Shown piece by piece: positions 38,020 through 47,991 of a stretch of 64,000 bases of DNA. Position 1 is the first letter of the stretch; each line of letters begins with the position of its first letter. The notes under the pieces were generated by a model. It did no database searches, was not told the DNA's origin, and saw only the letters and a program-made list of their open reading frames with translations. The position numbers and the translations under genes were made by a program. The stretch is from Macrostomum lignano (taxonomy: Eukaryota), in contig NIVC01001530.1 of the NCBI GenBank assembly GCA_002269645.1, forward strand, positions 62,001-126,000, written 5' to 3'.

Positions 38020-38322
38020 TAGGGGTTGGTGAACTTATCTTATTAAGGGCCAGTCAGATAATCTAGCGCATGACTGCTGGCCAGAGGAGGAGAGATAGGA
38101 GAGGGTCAGAGGGAATAGACAAGAGAAATAGGGGAATGAAAGGCGAAGGATCATAAAGGAGAGGAGACAATAGGAGAGGAGAGAGGAGAGGAGATAAGAA
38201 GAGAGGACAGGAAAGGAGAGGAGATGAGCAGTCTGGATTGCTATTTTGAAGTTTCAAAGGACCCCAAGGCTGGATAGAGAGGCTTTGCGGGTCGCATGTG
38301 GGCCGGAGTTTGCTGACCCCTA
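38020..38322. mobile_element. hAT (Charlie-like) MITE, transition-eroded relative of 15980-16128
   Basis: Ends TAGGGGTTGGTGAACT and AGTTTGCTGACCCCTA; TTCTAAATCA repeated on both flanks (2-nt offset). Confidence 0.6.
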
Positions 38323-38415
38323 TTCTAAATCAAAGTGTATACATACAAATGCCTTAAAATATGTCATCAGCGCTATCCTTAATCTACAAGTGGCACTCTA
38401 CTGTTCACTCTACTG

Positions 38416-40211
38416 TAGGGGGCGACCGGGACGGCCAAAGTCGGGCCCGGGTCGGGCCCGGGAATGAGGACTCGGGCCCGGGTCGGGCCTCGGGAATTCG
38501 GGACAAGATCTTTAGGACAGCTCAATAATTGGAAAAAAATCATAATAAATCTTAATACTTTTAGCATATGCAGATTACTATTAAATATATAATAAATATA
38601 TTAATATATTAAATCTAATATAATATATTAAATGTATAATAAATATATGATAAACATTAAATATATTATAATATATGAATATATTAAATATATAATAATA
38701 TATAAATATAATATATTATATTAAATATATAATAAATATTATTTTTATTTAATACATTAGTTAATACTTCAGAATAGATAAGAGTTACATTAAAAGACTT
38801 AATACTCAAATATCAATATACTCAATAGTTCAAATTCAATGTCACTGTGTGGCACAAGTACTGTGTGTGTGCCAGTGACAGTGACACTAACACTTAACAG
38901 GCAGTGAGGTAGGCAAGCAGGCACTGCGGTAGTGCGGCTGGCACTGGCAGTGGCAGTAAGCAAAAAGAAGAAAAGCTGAAGCATTAAGTGTAAGGCACTT
39001 GGCATTGGAAGCAGTAAGGAAGTAAGAACCAAATCAATTGATTGATTCTTTTATTTGAATTTTTAGTTCCTTTACATAGCTTCAATATAAAGAGCCATGT
39101 ACACAGTCAGTATTCAGTAAGACAACAAGACAAGACAACAGAACAGAACACAAGTGAAGTGACAACACAACACAACACTCAACTGTCTCAACAGAACAGG
39201 CAAACAGACAATGGAAATACAAGTAATTAGCTGATACCTGCCTACCTGCTCACCTACCTACCTAAACGAATATGATTACGAATACAATACTGAGTCTACA
39301 ACTACAACTACCTACGAATACAATACAAATATGAACACGATTACAAACTCTGATAGATAGCAAACCCTGATTGCAGCGCATGGGCATTTTGGCGGACGGC
39401 GTCCGGCGCGGATCTAATACAGCGCGGCGCAGCGCGTACGGCGCGCGGCAATTAGTACGGCGCGGCGTGGTACTAATTAGATGCCGAGGCATTTAGGCTT
39501 GATAAGACAGTCATAGTTACTCCTGCCGTTTACCCAAAACTGCGTTAATTTTGCTTTTGGGTTTCTTTCACAGGTAAGTCATTTCACAGTGTGGCGCAGG
39601 TTGTGTAGGCGTCTGGCGTACTTAAGCCATGCGCTGCAATAGGGTAGCAAACTTCTTGGAAAAATGGTAGCCTTGGCCCTTAATACGTACTTCTTGGAAC
39701 GTAAATAGGAAATGTTATTTACAAAAGCTTAAAAATGACAAATCAACTTTTTAAAGAATCATATTTTTGCTTTTAGCCTGCAGCCTGCAGCGTGTAAAGT
39801 GGAATCAATATTGCATCAACTATGTTTTAATTTTATCTTCCTGGAAAAAATCCGATCTTCCTGGAAAGTGGAAACTGGCTGTGGCTGACGCTCACGGTCA
39901 CAGACGCTCACGCTTAGAGCCTACTACGAATCAATGATATTGCTACTTCACATCATATCATCTATTACTATTACTGCAGTTGTGCAGTGCTTGAGTCTTG
40001 AGTGCTGATGTAATGCTTAACTGAGTGTTGTGCTGTGCTGTGAATAAAAATAATTTTATTCTTATTTGCACGCAGTTAGTGCCTTTAGGGAAAAAAGACT
40101 TGTCCCGATTTCCCGACTTTTTTAGGGTCGGGCCCGGGCCCGGGTCGGGCCACGATTTTGGTCGGGATTCCCGACTTTTCAGGCCCGGGCCCGGGACTGG
40201 GTCGCCCCCTA
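38416..40211. mobile_element. Non-autonomous hAT element (1,796 bp)
   Basis: Perfect 12-bp TIR TAGGGGGCGACC/GGTCGCCCCCTA; 8-bp TSD CTCTACTG (38408-38415, 40212-40219); subterminal CGGGCCCGGG repeats. Confidence 0.92.
39365..39644. mobile_element. MITE (280 bp) carrying a 28S-rRNA-like module
   Basis: TIR CCCT(G)ATTGCAGCGCATGG/CCATGCGCTGCAATAGGG; TAGCAAA duplicated on both flanks (7 bp). Confidence 0.75.
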
Positions 40212-43200
40212 CTCTACTGAGTACCGTTCACTCTATACCATTTACTCTGTACATTAAATTACACTTAGCTAACTTTAATTTTTCACTCTAGTCTAGGCCT
40301 ATTGTTCACTCTACTGTTCATTTGTTAACAAATATCCTAAACCCCAAGGAGGACAACCTTTTACACATTATGAGTCAGTAACAGTGAGTGATTTTAAAAT
40401 ATAAATAAACGATGCAAAATTAATACTCAAGTAGAATTTGCTGTGCCTATATCTAAAAGGCAGAACCCCCTTTTCTGTAAGCAGAAAATGTTAAGTTTAG
40501 GTCTTTCATTCAAATTTTTGGTCACTGTCTAAGACAGGGTCTGGGCTTGAGTTTCGGGAACTTGATACTGCCCCCCCCTGGCAAAAACTTGTTCCGCGGT
40601 GCCTGCTATGAAGTTGCGATGGTGCACGTCGTCGTATAACAGTGGGCAGAGAAAAGAAAAAATGTTCAATTTCTTTAGCTGGCAGTTTTGATCAATCTAG
40701 AACTTCTGCTGGCATTGCATTTGCACAATTAAATCTGGAAGTTTTGCCCAGACAAATCACAACAAAATTTTCTCCTGTTTTACTCCGACTGCTAGTGTCT
40801 CAAGTCTGGGAGGAGGGTTGGCGTGATCGTAGCTGAGTGGTCGTTTAATGGCATGGTTGTTCAAATGGTAGACACCGAAATTTTTGGTAACCGTAAATTA
40901 ATGCGTTGATTTGTTGAGTTGATTACTATCGGTAGGGTAGAGCTGCCACCACCATAAATTTTGTATCATGGAACAAATTAGTCTTAGAGCTTTCTTTGAG
41001 ATGAGAACTGGATTGTTTTACGCCCCGTGGGCAAAGGGGTGAATCCAAAAATTAGTACAGATTTTTTGTCCACGACATTTTATATTGAAATTTTCACTCA
41101 AAAAGTTTTTTAAGCAAAATTAATATATCAAAAAACTTTTTTGTAATTAATGTAAAGTTTTAAGCATAAGAAAAACACCCTGGAACAGAAAAAATGCATT
41201 TTTAATTTTTTTCCACTCATTTTCTACTGGAGTGTTTCACTCATCGACGCCAGTGTTCCCACACAGTGTTCTAGTGTATCAATGATGGCATCGATGAGTG
41301 GAAACCTGGTGCTATTTTTTTTGTATCTACAAGTAATATACAAACATATTGGGACTCAAAATTTATGAAAATATTGTCACAATACAAACATCTGTACAAT
41401 ATTATCCTGTTGAAATTAGAAACAAACTAATATAAATGATATAGCAGTTTAAAAGGCGCCGATGAGTGGAAGTGTTGTGCTAACTAAAAACGGTACATAA
41501 ATTTTTCTGACAATTTGACAACTTAGGCCTAATAATATTAACCAAATAGATTAGCTATTGCAGGACATAAAATTAGCAGCAACAAATTGTAAAATAAGCA
41601 AGGGAAACAAACAGTTGATATAGTAATTTCTGAAAAAGCAAGCAGCGATGAGTGGAAATTGAGACGTCGATTAGTGGAACCGCATCTGATGGGACATGTG
41701 TATTTCGTTTAAAACAAAATGGCTGACGGTTTCTAATAAAAAACAACGAATAAAACAAATTCTATCGCAAAAAAGGAAGAAAATGAGACAAAACTTTGCT
41801 AATTTTACAAAATCTTTATCATTTTAATTTTTTGTAAAAAATTCAACATTCTGAATGGGACATGCAGTTTTATCACGTTTTTATTTTTCCATTACTCGAA
41901 GAAGCCTGTTATTTTTTACTTTCCGAACTTTCTTGCTTTAATTTAACTAAACAATTGGTTACCGTTTCCTTTTATCATGTCAGCATGGCATATAAATAGT
42001 TGGATAAACTGAAAAACATTTGGGACACGTTTTATTATTTTTCTGTATTCGTTTTTGGATTTACCTAAAAAACTAAAGATAGGCTTATGTGCTTAACTAA
42101 TTAATTAGTTGAATAAATTGAAATAAATATGGTTGACGTTATTATTATTGATCGCTGGATATTAAATTGCAAGTTAGTTAAGCAGGCGGATAAATATTAT
42201 TGGCGACGGACGAATTGAATGCGAGCAGAGCCGCGGTGCGCTAAGCAGGTTAGCTAGGATGCGGTCTAAACTGAGCGGAAGTTAGAGGCGGCACCAAAAG
42301 TAACACTAACGGAACAAATTAATAGAACGAATTTACTAACTAAACGCAGGAGCAAAATAAATTGGTAAAGTGAACGAAGCAGAAGGAGAACCAAGGAAAA
42401 GGGGAAGGGGACGGAGAAGGGGACAAAACGGCAGCAGCGCTTGAAGCAATACTTTAAATATTGAATAAAACTCAAATTATCAACAGATGGGGCCAGGCTG
42501 GGATGGGTGATTGGACATGGACAGAGGAGTGGACAAGGGCATGGACAATTAGGATCGTTGGGCAAAAACAACTTGACTCGTAATAGTGGCAAAATTAGTA
42601 AAATCAACAGTGGGAAGACAACGGTTCATCAGGGGAAAAATTAAAAGCAAGAACAAAATTAACTGGGACGATCAACGGACGGGTTAATGGCGTTATGAAC
42701 AATGGTTGCAAATTCGTAAAAACTTTCCGGGGTTGGGGTACTTAATAATTTCGTAGAACATATTAATTGTCAGTAAAATATTACCAACAGAAGGTAATAA
42801 AAAAACAGTGGCAACCCGCCCGCCACAGTATTACATACAGTTAGGTATGTAATTTAAAAGTAAACAATTTCGTATTTACTTTATGTCTGCTGTATTTGTA
42901 TTATAATATTTCTATTGTATTTATCTTTTACTGTACTTTCTACTGTATGTATTTATGTTATTTTGCATAATAGTTTTAATGTAGCTTGTTTAATGACCAA
43001 AATGATTAATATAGGATGAATATAGATAAATAATCATTGATTGTTCTTAAGAGTTCGCCGCTCTGATTTGGCACTTTCGGCTAAGAAATCAAATGAGGCT
43101 CCTTGGCAATTCATTTTATTACAAGTAATACATTTGAAGATGCGCGAAATAGATATTTGTTGTTAATGAGGGTGGGTAGCCTATAGGGGCTCCCGCGCGG

Positions 43201-45069
43201 ATCAGCCCAAGGCTCTCTGCCCCTAGAGAACAGGGGCCCTATCTACCAGGCATAAAGCCCGAGCGGCCCAAATTGGGACCCCAGGAACAAGGCCTGGTAG
43301 AAATACCTTGGGGCTACTAGCCCAAACCTATGGACTAACACACCGCCAACCCATAGTGGAATCAGGGACGGTGCTACTATAGGACCGAGTCCACCCAAGC
43401 CACCCCCAACGACAAAACCCGAGTGTGCGCGCGATAAATAGATATTTATGGTACACGAAATTAACGAGATTTGTGTAATTGACTTTAATGACAGCCTGGA
43501 CTTATGGCTGGGACATACATGCCCGGAAACTTGCTTTATTAAAGTATTAAAAACACCGAAACATGGAGTATATCCCAGCTCGTATCCCCATGCAAAGAAT
43601 ATAATACGCTACTACGTACATGTACGCTACTGCATGCAAGATACCTTGATACGCGCTTGAATTTAAATATTGAATATTTTTGATTCAATATTTTAATAAT
43701 TTATATTTTTAATAATTTAAGAAACATTTTTAATACGTAATCTTAAGTCTACGTAAGTCCTAAAGAGAGGCAGCCACCCCCTAGTGGTTGCGTCACTGTC
43801 TTATAAATCTTAGCCCCTCAAAATATCAACTCTGCATGATACGCTTGGTTCGATGCTCACAGAAAATTCTCAGGCTAACGTGTTCCACTGTTTTCTAAAA
43901 TTATTAAAATTTTATGTAGGCAAATAATACAATTTAACTGAGTTTTTGCGCCTCGTTGATGCACAGTTTGAAGTTTAGAGAGCTGCTGGTTTTCATTTTT
44001 CAATCATAACGACGAACAAAATCAAAATCGACAACGCTTTACGCATAAGTTGTCAGAAAACAACAAAACAAAAATTATATTTGGTAGGCTAAACACAGTA
44101 AACAAATAGATAGCAATAGCTTCTGCAAATCAGATTTTTGGATTAATTAGTTACGTACGCTGTCACAATGCTCCACTGCTCTAAAAAGTAGTATACTAAG
44201 CACGTGTAAAATGTAACATGGCCAAAAATTTCCCATTTATTTTTGATAGATATGTGCCGGAACAAAAACATTTACATACAAGCTACTACTCGTATAAGTA
44301 GAAAAGTTCGCAAACAAAAACATGTATTAAAGCTGGATAGTTTGTTCTTAAAGAAAGAAATAAATAAATAGATACATGTTGCAGCATTCCAATTGCTTGG
44401 TTTTAACGGACACAAAAACCAAAATGCGCACAGTTAAGAAGTTGAAATTGCATTGCATTAACAATTGAGCGATCAGAGAGCGAGCTGACTGATCAGGCCT
44501 TCAATCAATTGATCGCATTGAAGGAAAAATGGAGTATGTAGTAGTATGTCAGGCAACTGGACTGAAACTTTTATACGGGCACAGAAAAATCTGTACACAA
44601 GTTTGCAGAAAAGTGTGTTGGTTTAACCATGATAAAATAGTAAAACTATTTGCCAACAGAGAACTGCACACAGACGCCAAAAAAACCTGTTACATAATAG
44701 AGTTAGATAAAATGTTTAATGTCATAAACGACATGAAATAGAATAGAATAAGAGATACAAATGATAAACTAAACAATTTTAACAAGTAAACAGCAATGAT
44801 TTTTTATTGAATTGCATCTTCATGAAAATTTTATTTCGCACTGTGACAAGCCCGTATCAGCAGAGAGAATAAAGGATAGGAAAAAACACCGGAAAGACTG
44901 CAGTTCTGCGCATGAGAAAGATCAGGGCACACGAACGGTGCCCAATTCAAGTATTTGACACTGCAATTAGCAACAATATTAACTGTGCATTGACTACTGT
45001 AAGTAACACGATGTAATCTGCTATCGTAGCAAAAGTTTCACGACTTTTCTGAAAACATTAACTCGCTTA

Positions 45070-46600
45070 CGGCGATTCTCAAAGAGAGATTGGAGGGCGA
45101 TTCTCAGAGGGATGAGAGGGCGATTCTCAGTGGGATTGGAGGGCGATTCTCAAAGTGGGATTGGAGGGCGATTCTCAAAGTGGGATTGGAGGGCGATTCT
45201 CAAAGAGGGATTGGAGGGCGATTCTCAGAGGGATTGGAGGGCGATTCTCAAAGAGAGATTGGAGGGCGATTCTCAGAGGGATTGGAGGGCGATTCTCAAA
45301 AAGAGAGATTGGAGGGCGATTCTCAAAGTGGGATTGGAGGGCGATTCTCAAAGAGAGATTGGAGGGCGATTCTCAAAGAGAGATTGGAGGGCGATTCTCA
45401 GAGGGATTGGAGGGCGATTCTCAAAGAGAGATTGGAGGGCGATTCTCAGAGGGATTGGAGGGCGATTCTCAAAGAGAGATTGGAGGGCGATTCTCAAAGT
45501 GGGATTGGAGGGCGATTCTCAAAGTGGGATTGGAGGGCGATTCTCAGAGGGATTGGAGGGCGATTCTCAGAGGGATTGGAGGGCGATTCTCAAAGAGAGA
45601 TTGGAGGGCGATTCTCAAAGTGGGATTGGAGGGCGATTCTCAAAGAGAGATTGGAGGGCGATTCTCAAAGAGGGATTAGAGGGCGATTCTCAAAGAGGGA
45701 TTGGAGGGCGATTCTCAAAGAGGGATTGGAGGGCGATTCTCAAAGTGGGATTGGAGGGCGATTCTCAAAGTGGGATTGGAGGGCGATTCTCAAAGTGGGA
45801 TTGGACGGCGATTCTTAAAGTGGGATTGGAGGGCGATTCTCAAAGTGGGATTGGAGGGCGATTCTCAAAGTGGGATTGGAGGGCGATTCTTAAAGAGGGA
45901 TTGGAGGGCGATTCTCAAAGTGGGATTGGAGGGCGATTCTCAGTGGGATTGGAGGCGACTCTCAGAGGGATTGGAGGGCGATTCTCAAAGAGGGATTGGA
46001 GGGCGATTCTCAAAGTGGGATTGGAGGGCGATTCTCAAAGTGGGATTGGAGGGCGATTCTCAAAGTGGGATTGGACGGCGATTCTTAAAGAGGGATTGGA
46101 GAGCGATTCTCAAAGTGGGATTGGAGGGCGATTCTCAGTGGGATTGGAGGGCGATTCTCAAAGTGGGATTGGAGGGCGATTCTCAAAGTGGGATTGGAGG
46201 GCGATTCTCAAAGTGGGATTGGACGGCGATTCTTAAAGTGGGATTGGAGGGCGATTCTCACAGTGGGATTGGAGGGCGATTCTCAAAGTGGGATTGGAGG
46301 GCGATTCTTAAAGAGGGATTGGAGGGCGATTCTCAAAGTGGGATTGGAGGGCGATTCTCAGTGGGATTGGAGGGCGACTCTCAGAGGGATTGGAGGGCGA
46401 TTCTCAAAGAGGGATTGGAGGGCGATTCTCAAAGTGGGATTGGAGGGCGATTCTCAAAGTGGGATTGGAGGGCGATTCTCAAAGTGGGATTGGACGGCGA
46501 TTCTTAAAGAGGGATTGGAGGGCGATTCTCAAAGTGGGATTGGAGGGCGATTCTCAGTGGGATTGGAGGGCGATTCTCAGAGGGATTGGAGGGCGATTAT
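45070..46600. repeat. 25-bp minisatellite (GGGATTGGAGGGCGATTCTCAAAGT) with 23-bp variants
   Basis: Directly visible; source of the GLEGDSQ/DWRAILK pseudo-ORFs. Confidence 0.97.
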
Positions 46601-47309
46601 CTTATTATCAAAGTTCTCTCTGTCTCTATTTTTCACTTTCTATTAGGCAGAGTTGACGCCATAGCTCGACCCTGACCTCTGCTGCTGGCTTGTTGCAGAA
46701 GCTGCTGCTGCTGTTGCTGATACCTGACATCTATCATCATTGGCCTGTGCTGTTGAAGATTCGGTTGATACTGCGGACTATTATAGTGCAGCTGATGATG
46801 CGGCTGAGGCTGCTGGAGATCCTGAGCTGCCGAGCTGTTGCCTCGATGATGCGCTTTCGATAGTCGAGCGGATGCTGGATAATGAAGTTTTTGAGTGATT
46901 GCATTATAAATCGATTATATTATATGATTTATAGAAATAGACTACATTTAGAAACAGTAAAAAAGTTTACTAGGAAATAATTATTCAATCGGTTGTCTTT
47001 CACTCAGCTCTAGTCAGAGCAATATTAAATACAATATATTATTATTATTGCTAATAACACACTGTTCTCACATGTCGCATTATTTTCTATTCACAGGCGG
47101 AGGGATTTAAAAAACTTATTTTAAAAATCAAACATATTGTCCCGAACAGCAAACAATTGATTTGTTATTGTTTAAAGTGCAACTATAATCGATTTACTGC
47201 CACGGCTAACTCTGTTATTGACTGCAGCTTATTTGCAATAACTGCCCTGTTTGTGCTACGACTGGAGATTGTGGATCAACAATGAGTATCTTAACGGTCT
47301 GGTTGGCAG

Positions 47310-47760
47310 ATCTGGAGTCTGGTATTTGGGACCTGGGATTTGTGATCTGGTATTTGGGACCTGGGATTTGTGATCTGGTATTTGGGACCTGGGATTTGTG
47401 ATCTGGTATTTGGGACCTGGGATTTGTGATCTGGTATTTGGGACCTGGGATTTGTGATCTGGGATTTGGGATCTGGCATTTAGGATCTAGCATTTGGGAT
47501 CTGGCATTTGGGATCTAGCATTTGGGATCTGGCATTTGGGATCTAGCATTTGGGATCTGGCATTTGGGATCTGGGATCTGGCATTTGGGATCTGGGATTT
47601 ATGATCTGAGATTTGGGATCTGGGATTTGGGATCTGGGATTTGGGATCTGGGATTTGGGATTTGGGATTCGAAATTTGGGATTTGAAATTTGGGATTTGG
47701 AATATGGGATTCAGGATTAGGATCTGGGATTTGAGATTTGAAATCTGGGATTTTGATCTG
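47310..47760. repeat. 28-bp repeat (GGGATTTGTGATCTGGTATTTGGGACCT) grading into 7-bp GGGAT(C/T)T units
   Basis: Directly visible. Confidence 0.9.
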
Positions 47761-47991
47761 TAAATTAGGCGAACAAAAAGTTCAGATCAATAAATATTAC
47801 TGACTTGTTGACGCACCATTAGCAAGCTCAATTTTTGGAATTAAAAAAACACAGGATACATACATACGGAGATATTGCAACGAGCAATAATAATAGAAAA
47901 TCACACTGTTCAAGTGTTTGATATTAAAACGGCCAATATATGCCAAGAAAGACGGGCGAACTGCTGGATGTCTATAGGATTTTTAAAACTG

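Larger units (their letters stand above)
21647..40605 (+). mobile_element. hAT transposon (ZMYM1/DUF4371-type) expanded to 18,959 bp by nested insertions
   Basis: Left end CAAGCGCCGCAGAATA and right end (rc) CAGGCACCGCGGAACA differ only by 4 transitions; identical 8-bp TSD CTATGAAG at 21639-21646 and 40606-40613; encloses the hAT transposase pseudogene. Confidence 0.85.

Noticed and set aside
39570-39585. U1 snRNA 5' end (ACTTACCTG on the minus strand)
   Set aside because: It is just the complement of a consensus donor; no U1 stem-loops or Sm site follow
39475-39590. Functional rRNA gene
   Set aside because: Only about 65 nt match 28S, the H69 stem is broken without compensation, and the segment lies inside a TIR/TSD-bounded MITE
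42266-42607. Cys-rich, hydrophobic 113-aa ORF
   Set aside because: Antisense of a purine-rich low-complexity stretch; no recognisable domain or splice support
44999-46650. Plus-strand spliced gene across the 25-bp array (ACT|GTAAGT ... GGCAG|AG)
   Set aside because: All three frames stop within nine codons of the acceptor; a non-coding transcript cannot be excluded but is unsupported
45090-46656. Six overlapping ORFs (GLEGDSQ/DWRAILK)
   Set aside because: A stop-free 25-bp unit cycles through all three frames; not a gene
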